DNA of 64,000 nucleotides, from contig NW_025767033.1 of NCBI RefSeq assembly GCF_003918875.1, forward strand, positions 248,001 to 312,000, given 5' to 3'. The stretch's first letter is position 1, and the number at the start of each line of letters is the position of its first letter. The stretch is from Haliotis rubra (lineage: Eukaryota). This document shows, piece by piece, positions 38,429-52,789 of this stretch. The notes beneath the pieces are model-generated. The model searched no databases and was not told the origin of the DNA. It saw nothing but the letters and a program-made list of their open reading frames with translations. The translations under genes and the position numbers were made by a program.

Positions 38429-40140
38429 TTAAAGAGATAAGGACGCCCTTTTACACTACGAATGACTTCAAAATACCGTTGGCCACATCATTTTTATCAC
38501 ATGTCGGGTACATCTAAATTATTAGAGGATCACAGTAGATGATAGATATTTGAGTGGGTGAGTAAGTGTGAAAGTGAATGAGTGAGTGAATTTTTTGTTT
38601 AGCAATACTTAGTCTGATCCAGGCAACCCAGTGGTACACAGTATGTGTTACGACCATTGTTCCAGTGAACGTGCACGTTTTTGTATATTCATCTCAGATT
38701 GCAAATAAAATGTTACCAAATCTCAATTGCAGTTTTGTTTTAATTTTAATCAGTAATATACTCATGCCAATAATGGTTGTCACCCCCTTCAATTTATTTA
38801 ATTGGAGGGGGTGTGAGGTGTATGTGGGGCTGGGGAGGGGGTGACAACCATTATTGGCATGAGTATATATATATGTTGCAGTTACCATTTGAATACGTGG
38901 AATTTGATTTTCAAACATACACAAGCACATGTAGTGATTTCCTCCTAAAAGATATCCGTACAATTATTCAGTCCGATGGAAAAGTGAGAGTGGTTTAACT
39001 GCTGGAAATCACAGATAGACCCGGATTCGATTTCCCACGAGTAAAATGCCTGAAGTCCATTTCTATTGTATCCCTATTGCTGGAATATTAGTAGAAGCGG
39101 AGTGGTCCTGTACTCAGTCATTCACGAGATCTGCTCCAATGTAGTTAAATACATGTCTGCGTTGTCATGATCTTGATTATGACGTCATTGTCCCTAAGTA
39201 GTTCTTATGGTGTAAGACATAATCAATTGTCTCCTAACAATTACACATTGTTTGCGTCCGGTGTCAGCTATACTCCGTCTAAATTGTTACTTAGGACTTA
39301 GACAGCGTGCCCAGTTCAGTGTCTTATTTTATAAACTTGACTTTCTGAAGAAATATTTCTGAAACAATTAAAAAAATATATACACACCTGAAGATTTGTT
39401 CCGTCAAGTCTGGTACCGGAATGTTAGGGCAAAGGGAGACTACTCTTGGTACACTATTCCCACTACGCGCGTTAAACACTTCAATAAAAGTGTCCATGCC
39501 ATAGCGTAACAGTCAGGATAGAGCTGTAAATTAGTGTCGCCATTAATGTATTCAAATATAAAATCGGAACAACAAAAATAGAATGATTATACTGGACTGA
39601 TTAAGCTTTCAACGCCAACCGGTTACTGTGACCTTCTCGAGACAAGAATTTAGACTCTATCGATCTAAGTGACGGAGAGGGGAACAGGAGCATGTTAGAC
39701 TGAATACCACACATAAACACGTACCCTCCGGGATTGGATTGGAACTTTTATTGAACGTCTCCCTGTGTAGATGCGGCTTGATAAACCTCGGTTTTATTGA
39801 GACATGGGGTTCCTTATGATCAAAACAACATTTTACAAAAATGAAATATAATATTAGGTTGAAATGGCGTGGTGGTTTTGAACGTGGGTGAATCTTGTGT
39901 CCTACGCTGTGTCCTCCGCTGTGTTTTCCAGCTACACCACGTCAACCTGAAAAATCGATCTGGGGCATACAAAGTGGTGGTTGATATCATCCGCAACGAC
40001 CAAAGCCATGTGAGATAATGTTCAGACTATGTAACCAGCGATCCTCATTGGTCAGATCTTACCAACAGCAAGTTGTAATACATACTAATGATAATACTAA
40101 CTTATATTACCGATTAATACCTCCATGCAGCTGAGGAACA

Positions 40141-40176
40141 CGACGTTTCGGAGTATATTCTTACTCCTTCATCAGG
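40141..40176 (-). ncRNA. Minimal hammerhead ribozyme motif (Penelope-type remnant)
   Basis: The minus strand reads CTGATGA-a-GGAGTA-agaata-TACTCC-GAAACGTC: canonical core, 6-bp helix II, palindromic helix III. The 5' helix-I arm abuts a SINE fragment and may be lost. Confidence 0.65.
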
Positions 40177-40596
40177 ACGCTGGAGGCCGGGTTCGATCCC
40201 CACATGGGTACAATGTGTGAAGACCATTTCTGGTGTCCCCCGCAATGATGTTGCTGGAATATTGCTAAAAGCGGCGAAAACCATAATCGCTCACTCGCTT
40301 ACTCTTTCACCAGGTGATCGTAGCTATGACCAGTGTAAAATCTATAATTTATTATCGGGATACAATAATCGATATGTTGAGCTGGCTTTGGGAAGCTGGG
40401 CTCGGGTCTTGGATGTATTTTGTTGCATTGCTGAATTGGAAATTGGACCTGACGAGAATGAACGTCATACAGTATTAAAGGTCAGAGTGACCTTGTGTTA
40501 GTGAATTAACAAACGACTCCTACGTGTCTTTTCGTAAATAAAATGTTATTGTATAGGTTTTTGTTGAGGAGAGAGTCTTTTTCCTTAAAATATTTT

Positions 40597-40842
40597 ACCC
40601 ATGAAGATCCGGGTTAGAATATTGATCTTCAGTAACCCATGCTTGTCGTAAGAGGCGACAAACGGGATCGGGTGGTCAGGCTCGCTGACTTGGTTGACAC
40701 ATTTCATCGGTTCCCAATTGCGTAGATCGATGCTCATGCTGTTGATCACTGGATTGGATCAGGTCCAGACTCGATTATATACAGACCGCCGCCATATAGC
40801 TGGAATAGTGCTGAGTGCGACGTAAAACTAAACTCACTCACT
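40597..40842 (+). mobile_element. SINE-like family 2, full length
   Basis: Consensus match with (ACTC)n tail. Confidence 0.9.
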
Positions 40843-41450
40843 TAAAATTTGTTTCTTTTTTTTTAAAAATATTTTAAAAACTCTTTTTGCTGTTCTTATA
40901 ATCTGTGTGGTTGCTAATTTGGCAGACGTCTGTCACACGGTCCAGGACAGCTATTGTCCGAATACACATTTAGTTCCAAAGGCCAAATACTGTAAAGCCA
41001 AGACATCATGCATAACGTATTTGCAGTCATTTATATAGCGCTAATCTCCATTCTTTACCACCATCGGCCAATCGTGCCACTCACTTTCATTAATTACATT
41101 TAATTATATTGTGACATTTATATCCTTAATTAATTATCCTTGGCCGTCGCTGTCATCAAATCAATAATTCAAGTGTCCAGGGGAATGTCATTGTGTCCTT
41201 TGTCAGTCCATTGTTGTCTTTTACTACAAATATTCACATATGTAGTGTTACCATCCATCTTATGTTTGATGTTCAACCATACCGCAAGGTTTTTTTCGCG
41301 TCTGTACCTTCGTTCTGTTTCCTCTCCGCCATTGTTGGGCTGCTGACCGGATATCCGTTGCATTTTGGTATCACGGAGGGGAGATAATTCGTTATGGAGG
41401 TAACAACCCTCACTGAACAGAGCTAAATAGTGATTAGCGATTCGTGTTTG

Positions 41451-41620
41451 ACTGACTAACTGACTGAGTTTGGTTTAACGCCGCTTTCAGCAATATTCCA
41501 GCAACATCACGGCGGGGACACCAGAAATGGGCTTCACGCATTGTGCCCATGTGGGGATTCGAACCCAGGTCTTCGGCGTGAAGAGCCAACGCTTTAACCA
41601 TTAGGCTACTCCACCGCCCC
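41451..41620 (-). mobile_element. SINE family 1
   Basis: TSD GATTCGTGTTTGA. Confidence 0.9.
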
Positions 41621-43545
41621 GATTCGTGTTTGAAGCTGTTGTAAGCATATTTAATCAGTGCCATACATCGTGGTATCTATTTGCCAGTATCTATTCGCAC
41701 AAGGACCTATCACATGAAACACCAAACATCATCTGAAGAATGGTTCGTATTGACACGTTTGGATTTCATGCACCAATCAATGGCAACAAGTGTGTCTTAG
41801 GATTGGCTGTGGGACTGTTGGGTTATGTATGATACAGGATACAAAGGCATCGTATCCAGCTAACAATCGTTGAATGTCACACATCTTTCTTCTCAAGCCC
41901 ACACACCAGACAAATCTGGACCTGGTTTTAATGTTTACTGATGAAATAATATTCTCAAGTACGACGTCATTACACCTCCATTTATTCATGGGGCATGAAT
42001 TTCGGTTGTATCGAACTTTTAACAACCGCTTTACATTACAAGGCCAATAAATTAAAGGAGATAGGAGATGCTTATAACCTGTCCTTAAATGAAACATGCC
42101 TAGAGGTATGTGCTGATAAAATACAGGGATCCGATGAAAAAAATCCTGTTTTGCTTTGAAGCCGAAAAAACATGAAAAGCAAATCACTAAATGAATGAAC
42201 TTTCGAGTCCATAAAACTTGTATGGTTATTTACATGCAACTAAATAAATGTAGAGATTACATTAAAGGAAATTAAAAGTATTTTTTCTGATAACGAATTG
42301 TTGGAAAACTACAGGGGAATATCGTAATGTAATGAAAATATATTTACACTATCAATAATGTACAACCTAACTTTAATGTCGTTGTTACAAATGGAACTTA
42401 AAAACTTTAGTGAAACATTAGGGTTCATTGTACCCATTAGTTGATGAGGCTATAGTCCAACGCCGTCCTGTTATAGATTATTCTTTGGCATCTGGTGATA
42501 AGCCAGAGTGCCTAATTTGACCATTTCTGTTGTGTTGGTTTGTTGTTTAACGCCGCACTCAGCAATATTCCATCTATATGATAATCCAGTCTGGACCAGA
42601 CAATTCAGTGAGTGACATGAACATCGATCAACGCAACTGTTGAGAGCATAACCACCTGTTCAGAGAGCCTCACCACCTGTTCACATTAGTGACCTCTAGA
42701 AACAAGAGGTTGCTGTAGATCACTTCACAGGGTTGGTCTTTCATCAATAGTAATGACACAAAAAAATACATTTATTAACAACGTTTCCGGGTACATCCTT
42801 ATCCTGTTATTTTGGTGATTGAGAGCCTCTTTGGAGCCTCTTTCTTAGAGAGGGAGACCCATTTCCAAACATACATTCAGACTCACACACTCACCGACGT
42901 TCTGACGAAAAGAGAAAAAGAAACAGAATGACTGTAAGTAAAAACCACTCATTATTTTTTTTCATTTCTAGGTATTCTGTTTATCACCCTAGTGACTCGT
43001 GTTAAATCATGAATATTCCCCCGAATCCCATGCGTGTATGCTGCGAGAAAAAAACACGTGCCAATGGCGCCAAAGTTGGCAAAAAGTGGACTATATTTTT
43101 TCTATCTGACACGTGCGGAACTACGTCGAAAACAGCCCCAAGTGTGCTGGAAAGACTCGGCGATCACTTGACATATATTACTAGAAGCAAGTAACGCAAG
43201 TAAGGGCTATTGCCCAATTTGATTTTCAAAACATGCTGAATATTTGATGAGGTTTGTATTTCAGCTACGTTTTCACTGCCACTTAACATTTCAATTTCAC
43301 AGAAGAAAAAAATCAATAATAGTTTCACATAACAACCTGTTCATGCTCTTAACGGTGACACGTCCATACAGAAAGACAGGGTGCCGGGATTTTGCTTTCT
43401 TTAGTTGACATTAATGTCCTACTTATTCCCCGATTAGTGTATACACTGCTCAAAATTTGCTAGGCATAAAGTTTTGATGATTTTAAAACATCATCCTACA
43501 AATGCAGATGAATATATCCTGGAACACAATGATGGGATATTTTCC

Positions 43546-44018
43546 TCGTGAAGATCCGCGTTAGAACTGATCTTCAGTAACCCATGCTTGTCGTAAGAGG
43601 CGACTAACGGGATCGGGTGGTCAGGCTCGCTGGCTTGGTTGACACATGTCATCGTATCCCAATTGCCTAGATCGATGGTCATGTTGTTGATCACTGGATT
43701 GTCCTGTCCAGATTCGATCATTTACAGACCGCCGCCATATACCTGGTATATTCCTGTGCGGCGTTAAACAACAAACCAACCATCCAAAGACGTCGTTTGG
43801 CAACCGTGGAACTAGGCAGATGCACGGACAAGCTTGCAGCTGGGTCAACACCACCCCACCTTGCAAAGGTCTTTGGTGTAACACTTTCATTTTAAACGGT
43901 CGATGCTCATGCTGTTGATCACTGGATTGTCTGGTCCAGACTCGATTATTTACAGACCGCCACCATATAGCTGGGATATTGCTGAGTGCGGCGTAAAACT
44001 AAACTCACTCACTCACTC
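43546..44018 (+). mobile_element. SINE-like family 2 copies (43546-43780; 5'-truncated 43900-44018)
   Basis: The second copy has TSD TCATTTTAAACGGT. Confidence 0.88.
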
Positions 44019-44477
44019 ATTTTAAACGGTGATCTGACTGATTATTGTGAAGTATTGTTGTTTGCATTGTCTGGCACATGGTCTTTTACAGAAGCATTCC
44101 ATCACAAACTTCGAGTAGTATATCATGAGAAAGGATACATCGAAAAACATCTCCGATATCTGTCGCAGACATTCAACCTTCCATTGTGCAGAGCATTGCA
44201 ACAAGATGATGCTTACCACAGGCGTTAATTTTCTATCGGAACGACTCGGGCGATCAAAATGAAAAGTACACCTCGGCGATACCTGTCTTCGTGGTTATTC
44301 ACAGAGGCACCATTGTCATAGAAATCACAGAGGTTCGATTATCATCATAAAAATCTATGCACAACCAGTTACGTTAACAAACCCAAAAATGTATATGGAA
44401 GCTTCCTTATAGAATGTAGGTCGGCTTCATTTGAGAAGCATTCCAGATATCATGAAGGCACCGCATTACGTCCAACA

Positions 44478-44517
<40 letters not shown>
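44478..44517. repeat. (TG)n microsatellite (others at 29362-29400 and 62667-62725; (GA)n at 61939-61974)
   Basis: Direct reading. Confidence 0.95.
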
Positions 44518-44519
<2 letters not shown>

Positions 44520-45254
44520 ACATACATATGTATATGGAACTGTCAAATATATATATATACACACATAGGGTATGTCTTGCATTTTACGTCCAGAGGTTAA
44601 TACCATCTCAGTTAAATATATATCTGCAATGGGATTAACCCCAACACGTAAAATGCAAGATACATCGTATATGAGCGAGACCGTACCATCGGTGTATTTC
44701 CAAAACAAGTCACGCTTTGATCAAGTACAATTCACAGCATGTCTCATTTAACAACCATGAGTGACTCCAGGGTGACAGGGAAGCACTTAACAAGTCTCAG
44801 TGATATCTTATTTATTTCTGCATCCAGGAGATATATGTTCGTCACGCATGTGCACAGGGTTACAATACAATATTGACCAATGTAAGCTGACAGGCCTGCT
44901 TTATCGTATATGTGGCATTGACTGTAAATATCGACGGGATTTGTCATTCAGAAAAACAAGGTTGTTATTTCAGCAGTTTGGAATGACATCTACAAATGAA
45001 TCCAATTACACTTTATAAGTTGCTACCTTAATAGGGTGACCAAACTGAGCTTGACGACTGTACCCGTGAGTGGCGCTGCACACCATCTATACCTTCTCAA
45101 ACACTTATATACAAATGATATACAGACCTAAACAACATGGATGTTATCCCCCAAAATCACTTTGCATGGGCCGTGTCCATCGATTGCATCTAATAGCCTT
45201 CTCGATGCTATGGTCACGTGAACTTTGGAAGTGTCCTACTCGCTGGTGCCCAAG

Positions 45255-48200
45255 TTAATCTTTATCTTTGTGTCTGCATACCAACACGGGCACGGGAGAG
45301 TGGTGTATTACGTAGTCGCTGACGCTGCCCATCAATGCACGTCGGAACTTGCCGAGTCCCCGAGTTCCGGTCACGATGAAGGAGACATTGCGAGCTGCTG
45401 CACATTCTACAATGGACGGGCCTGGCTTCTCGCCGTCAAGGCGAGCAAAGTCGCCCTTGATCTGAAAACAAATATTAAATGAGCCAATGTAGACCAACAC
45501 CAAAAAACAAACGCCTTGACTTGCAAATTCATTCTAGGATTAATTTGGATTCATTTTTTAACTCATTTTCTGGGACACTGACATGAGCCAAGAAAAGAAG
45601 TGGTTGAAAGGTTAAGGTGTTTGCCATTCCCGGTTAGAGATTTGAGTTTAATTTGTGTAGATTACTACGGTGATGCTAGCCAATGACATTTTAAACTAAT
45701 CAGTCTTAATGACTTTTTGTTCCTTCTAACATATATTTACAGCAATTCTACATACACAATGTATATTTTATTATATCAGGGGCGTAGCTACCATGGTAGA
45801 AAAAAACCCAGGCTTACACATTACTTTTGCTAAAAACGCTGGGCAAGCCCTCAATACTATCTAATATAAAGCTTTGCAACCTATCGGGCTTACACGAAAA
45901 AAATTGCTTGCTATGCGCCTGTTTATTAATAGGAAAATCGATATGGCTAGTGGTCATCGCAAGCTTGTGAGTTTGCGTCGCCTTATTTTACTGCGAACAA
46001 AGGCCTTCACACTGATACACCTCATCGCTACTAACATGATTGTTTTCAGTTGTATTTGTAGAAAAATGTTTCATTTTCCAAACTTGAGCAACAATCCCTT
46101 TATCAGTTGTCTCTGTGGGATAATATTGCATTTAGTTACTGCATAACATCAAAGAACTAGATGAAAGTTTTATGTGAGTTAATAATTGTAATTTGTTGCA
46201 GCGAATCTACGACTAAAAGCGACGAGACTCTCATTGTGTTGAGGGACCCATGTGTTAAAAGCTTTTACAGTTTACATTAGGAGCATCAGTATTTGTACAT
46301 GGACTCGATTAATACCGGTATGTTAGAACATTCACAGGTTTATACCCCTGCGTGTCCGCGTTTGCGATGGACCATTGTGTCAAGCAGTAATTATCAGGAC
46401 ATTCTAGCAACGAAGCTGCAGTATGTTTAATGGAACCACAGTCATGTGTCTGTGTTTAATCTACCCAATTACACACAAGGCATGTTCGAAGCACTTGATG
46501 GGATGAAAATCCATCAATTCATCCCGGATTTGATGTGTTGTTCTGATTAACACTGGTGCTTGCAGATTGATTCCAATGGTACAGTCTATGTAATTACGCC
46601 AACTTCAACCCATCTACATTGCCCTCCGTTGAACCCAAAGAGTACACTCATATTGACTCTACAGATTTGTAGGATCACACCAATCCCTCTGTTCTTGCCC
46701 TGTAGCGACAGTTAATTTCACGCGTCAATGGTGACATATATCTCTTGTGGATGACTGTGTCTTCCTGTCGATATTAACAGTCAGATCGTACACCATGTAA
46801 CGTTTTGTTGCTCCAAATCACAGTTCACTGGAATGTCAATACTGTTATACAGTGTAATGGTTGCGCATGCGTAAGATTAGATCGGGTGCACTGGTCTTGA
46901 AGACGTAGTATGTTCGATTTGGTGAGGATGGTAAGAGTGAGTTAGGTTTTACGCCGCTTTTATCAATATTCAAGCAATATCACGGTGGGGACACCAGAAA
47001 TGGGCTTTATACTTTGTACTCATATGGGTAATGGAACCGGGTCATCGGCGTGACGAGCGTACACTTTAACCCAGGCTACCCCACCGCCCTAGGATGGTAA
47101 GACAGGGCTTTTATACCCTTTCCGCAGCTAACTAGAGTCTTCAGTTATTTTCAGTGATCCATGATTATAATTTTCGCAGCTATTTTGGCAACTGTAATCT
47201 GCTCGAAGACTGGTTTATCTCTTGTATTGACGTTTTATGTGTACTGTCGCGATAACAAATGAAGGTGGCCACTTTTGCGACAATTCTGACAATCCTGAAC
47301 ATGTGCTGATGAATCACGATAGAAATAGTGATTATACCCTCCCCATCGATGGCACCCATCACTACTGGTGGTCCAATTAATTGAAATAATCGAAGATTGG
47401 TCGCAATGACTAAATGACCAAGCAATCTATCAGGTTTTCTCATAATCGAACACAAACAATTTTGGAACACTTGTTTGCAATAACAATATTTTTCACAAGG
47501 CTGGTTAAATCTGTTACATTTCATTAGCACTACAAGCTCGTTCCAAGTCAGGACTGAATTTATCTTAAAGACTTCAGGAAAATATATGTTCCTAACATAC
47601 TAGTCATCCTGTAAAGATGTGCCATTTGCAGAAAAAACTTGAAAGATCTAAATGTTATTTTCTATATTTTTTGTGCATTAACAAACATAACCAGGAAAAT
47701 ATGATACATGACGCTAACCAATTATTTTCGATGATTGATCATTTGTAATGAACCAATCATTAATTATAAGATTTTAACCAATTCCCAACATTACCCATCA
47801 CAAGCACCTGGACAGCTTCGGGAACATATAATACAAGTCAAAATAGGGTATTGCATCGGACATAAGTTTTCCCACTGATGCATCAAATGTTGAAATGTTC
47901 TCCTCATGTCCACCATAAACCTGTTTCAAGTATCACTGAGGGCTTGGATGATGTAACCTTGAACAACTGAGCAAGAGTCGAATTACGCATATTGAAATCT
48001 TGGTAAAAAGTGCATGCCCGGTTTTACCTCACAAGGCTAGAGTTGCTGGAATATTGCTGACAAAAGGGGAAGTTGACTATTGGAAAGTTGAAATAATCCC
48101 TTTTGTGATTCAGTCTTGTAGAGAGTATTTTGGTCACGCTTAAACTTTCTGCCGAGATCAAAACATGAAACACATGTGCCTGCCTCACTTGTCTTCTTTA

Positions 48201-51200
48201 TTAATGTTTCGTTTATACATCTAATTATACAGCCGGGTCCAGATGGTCAAGTATTCTGACGCCTATACGTCATATAGACCTATTACAGAGGAAAATGCCT
48301 CTTCGTGGTATGGGATAAATATGCAGAATTGTCCTTCGTGTTTTCTGGTATATATTTGTTTATCTTCGGCCAAAAAAATGTATAATACTTGCAAATAATA
48401 CCGTCCCATTGGTTTTGGTTTAATGTTGGGAATTGTTTTGTAGAAATGTGAATTGCAGATTTCATATTTTCGCACCATATTTCATTGACACAATGCCAAT
48501 GAAATAATGTAACTAGAATATAAAGACTCATTATATGGCCAAACTCATAACAATTTATTCCCCACGTCAACAGATCTGCGTTCATTACAGCTGCATTTTC
48601 CTCTCCCTGGGGAGTATACACCTCATTAAGGAGGCGTTAAAATGCATATGTGTACGGTGCAGAATATTCTATAGCCTCAGAAATTCAGGAGTTGAATTTG
48701 GTCTTGTCTGTCGCATAATTTCAAGATAACGTCATCCCTTGGGACGTAAAAAAACGCAAAGCTGGCTTCTATGAACATTCAACTGTATTGTGAATACAAG
48801 CACAGTCATTGTATCATGTATTGGAGGTAAAGGCCATGTGATAATCATCCATAATAGTTTGAATCTTGATGTCATAGAAGTCCACCCATTAGCTGCAGAT
48901 CCTGGTTGTATAAATTGTATATTACACTATCGTTTAGTAATGTGAGCCGCGGTCGCTAAATTCAGGAAGCGCTGTACAATAAAACAAACAGTCCCTGGTC
49001 ATTAGATGTCTGGACTCCCACAGTCAAAGACATCGTTGAACCAGCATGTCTGGTTCTGAGCTTGGTTTGTGGGGATGGTTGTCGTAATCAGCCTCTTAAA
49101 TGCATCCATTTCGCAGTAATTACCCCCGTAAATGGGGAAATACCTTACTGAACTATTCCCCAAACTCTGCAATCACTGTTCTGTATTGTCATATGAATCG
49201 TTTCAGATACACCAAATCCAAGCCACGGCTGTGTGGGGATGACACACTATCATTACACGAGGCGACTAAAATAATGGCAGTCAGGACAAAAAAATGACAA
49301 AAATCTAAGTTTTCCAGGACTATGGTCGAGTCTTAATTGCCAAGTGGACAATGGATACGGATGGATGTGTGACTTGAAGGGTAGGATTAATTCCGCTTTC
49401 AGCAATATTAGAGCCAGATCACACCAGCCACTTGTAGGACATTGAACCTGGATCTTAGGCCTCACGAGCCAACGCTCTAACCACACGGCTACCCTACGGC
49501 CCCCTTAAAGAGGTATAGGTAGAACATGATTACAGTGCTAGTGAAGTGAGTGAGTATGGTTTTACGCGGCTTGTAGTAATATTTCAGCAATACAGCGGCC
49601 TAGGGGAGACCCCAGAATAGTCATCACATGTGGGGAATGGAATCCGGATCTTCGGCGTGATGAGCGAACGCTCTAACCACTAGGATACCCCACCTGGTAG
49701 AGAATATATGAGAATGTATCTGGTGGGGTTGGTGATAAAGTCGGTGTAGATGAAATAAATAATACCCTCGAGACATGAGAAGGGGGGGGGGGGGGCAAGA
49801 GTTGGGTTGTTCTGGAAAGAAATGTCTTGTGTACTTTTTGGCGCCGCCAAGAATACCACACGGTCGTCCCCTAACATTATACTGAGTATGGGATGTTCAA
49901 TTAAGGTACTCGGGTAAGTGCCTGTACGCATTCCGGACAGGTACAGGAGTTAAGTCCACTGTGGACAGTGTCACTCACGCCATGTTCGTTCATCTTGTCC
50001 GTGTACTTCTTCTCTAGTGTCTGCATCTTCTCCTCGCATTGGGTGATGAGCTCCTGTACCTTGCTGGGACCTGTGAGACAGGATATAGAAAACTGATACA
50101 GTGTATCTTATAATAAATATGTTCCATTTCATGTTGGACATATGTGAAGGGTATGGATATGTGTGAAAGTTAAGACCTCTTTATGACCTTTTGCAACTCA
50201 ACGGCTCTTCAGGTGCAATTAAAGCCATGTGACTAGTCATGTTCTCATTACACCTTGAGAGTTGTTGAGTGGTGAAAGATGTGTACATAAAGGAATTTTG
50301 ACTAGCACAAATATCTGGACTCTCTTTTTTCGTACTTTTAATGGTTATGCACCTGAATAACTCAATTCATTAGTATATATATAGACATATACAAACCCGC
50401 GCGCGCACACACGCGCCACCGAACCTCACTTAACCGGATGCGTTGTCCGGATATTTGAATCCTTGTCAGTCTCCGCCCCTGCCAAAATGTTACGGAGGCA
50501 AAGACAAAATCCATTACATTACACAACAGATTATTGTGGTAATATGCACAGAGAGTAAGCGAATCCAGACAACGGGTGATTACAAACTCGGTCAATAGCA
50601 ACGTGTCGTAATTTTAGATAAAACATTACCGGAACAGTACTAGAAATTGTATTTATGTCCTGCCGCGATAATCATTACCGGGTGTATTTTCTCGCGAACT
50701 GAGCTGGAACAGCAATCAGTTGTAATTACATTTTCCTCCCAATCTACCGGCGATTAAAGATATAACGCATGAAAGTTTGATGCAGTTGTTGCAATAAATT
50801 GTATCTGAAATCATTATAACAACAGGATATAAAGTAACATATTCAGTAATAACTATAAGCGTACCACTTGGTTCCTTGTGCCGGAATAATTTTTGCCTTC
50901 GGAACAATTTGATCTGTCACAGTATTTTTTCCGGGATTTCTATAGCGGAAACGTTATGTTTGCATGTTATAGTCAAAGTACAGCTAATATATGGAACACC
51001 GCTTTATTTATATATAATACCCGAGGAGATCCGGGTTAGAATTGATCTCCAGTAGCCCATACTTATCGAAAGAGGCGACTAACGGGACAGATGTCATCGC
51101 TGACTTGGTACCCCAATTTCATCGTATCCCAATTTCGTAGATGGATGCTCATGCTGTTGATTACTGGATTGTCCGGTTCAGACTCGATTATTTACAGACC

Positions 51201-52789
51201 GCCGCCATATAGCTGGAATATTGCTGACTGTGGCGTAAAACTAAACTCACTCACTCACTATTTATATATATGCGCCAGAATTTCGAGTGTGAAATGTAAT
51301 AACAAACGTGGGACTGTTCCCCTGCTCCGAGTGGTGACCTCCCTTTGCCGGGAACTCCGGTGAAGGAAACATGCAGGGATGTACAGGCGCCAGAATTTCT
51401 CGTGACTAAAATGTCATGGCCAATGCTAGCGTGGAGCTCTCTTTAATTAAGTCCCATTGGATCGTCTCGTATGGCCTCCATAATTAATTACATGCATGAG
51501 GCAGTATTCTCCCAGTAAATAACGTAACTCACACTATTTGTCAATCAACTGCTTAGAGGAGAATAGTTGCAGCCGATTGACGCATGCATCTCGTTCATAG
51601 GAAGCAACATGTCCAGTGATTTGTTCAAACTGGCTTTCTTACCTCCTGCCCCGATGTACGTTCCCGGAGCCACTTTTGTGAAATTGTAAAAGCAATTTAC
51701 TGAAGAATTATGATGAAATTCTCCTGAACCCGGCATAGCAATAAAATTACTGCGATCTCATGAATATAAACGTTGTAAACATTTCTTTGTGAGAAGTCCT
51801 TTCGTTGATGCATCATTTGACTTCCAAAGCTAAACATTATTGATGACAATAGAATACGAAATTACATGAGACAGTTGTAAAACATTATTTGATTTAGTTT
51901 TGTGGAAATAAGTCATGAGTCTAATGTTACGTAATATCGCAATCAACACTCAAAACATTTAATGATATATTTTTAGAAGTTGCCGCCATATTCTAAAATG
52001 CCTCACACCTTGCCTAAGTTATCTTTAATGACAAGAAAAAAAATAAATTACACATTCTGACTTACCTCAAGGGCACATTACTGGGTTAACATGAACATAT
52101 TGGGTTATCACGATCATACTGGGTTATCATAAACATATTGGTTATCATGAACATATTGGGTTATCATGATCATACTGGGTTATCATGACCATACTAGGTT
52201 ATCATAAACATATTGGGTTATCATGATCATACTGGGTTATCATGAACATAGGGTTATCATAAACATATTGGGTTATCATGAACATATTGGGTTATCATGA
52301 CAATACTAGGTTATCATAAACATATTGGGTTATCATGATCATACTGGGTTATCATGACCATTGGGTTATCATGATCATATTGGGTTATCATGATCATACT
52401 GGGTCATCATGATCATATTGGGTTATCATTATCATATTGGGTTATCATGATCATACTGGGTTATCATGAACATACTGAGTTATCTTGATCATACTGGGTT
52501 ATCATGAACATACTGAGTTATCATGATCATACTGGGTTATCATGATCATATTGGGTCATCATGATCATATTGGGTTTATCATGATCATACTGGGCTATCA
52601 CGTGAATATTGGGCTCTTACGTGCACATTGGGTTATTACGTGCATATTGAACTCTCACGTGCATATTGGGTTATCATGTGCACATTCCTATACGTAAGGA
52701 CTTACTCATCATGGTGACATTAGCGAAGGTCTCAGGGCAGTGCACCAGCAGTAATCTGTTCCCTGGCTTGTGGAAGTGTTGAACATACC
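45255..52789 (-). CDS. Universal stress protein (UspA-like), 5'-incomplete
   Basis: Exons 52789-52706 (YVQHFHKPGNRLLLVHCPE...), 50070-49979 (PSKVQELITQCEEK...), 45461-45255 (PGPSIVECA...IVTGTRGLGKFRRALMGSVSDYVIHHSPVPVLVCR); phases 1,0 fit. The G-2X-G-9X-GS ATP-binding motif is intact. The first exon (VLIAVDGS-like) was not found in the window. Confidence 0.92.
46937..47089 (-). mobile_element. SINE family 1
   Basis: TSD AGGATGGTAAGA. Confidence 0.85.
49390..49692 (-). mobile_element. Two degenerate SINE family 1 copies
   Basis: tRNA-head and tail similarity to the other copies. Confidence 0.7.
51019..51258 (+). mobile_element. SINE-like family 2
   Basis: Consensus match; compensatory stem changes in the head. 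Confidence 0.85.
52082..52682. repeat. 20-21-bp minisatellite, ~29 copies, in a USP intron
   Basis: Unit GGGTTATCATGATCATA(C/T)T. Confidence 0.95.

Noticed and set aside
45777-45921. Small hAT-type MITE (CAGGGGCGTAGC / GCTATGCGCCTG)
   Set aside because: The TIR is imperfect and there is no convincing TSD.
47200-48250. Old LINE fragment (also 54800-56200)
   Set aside because: Hints only; too degraded to support a call without a homology search.
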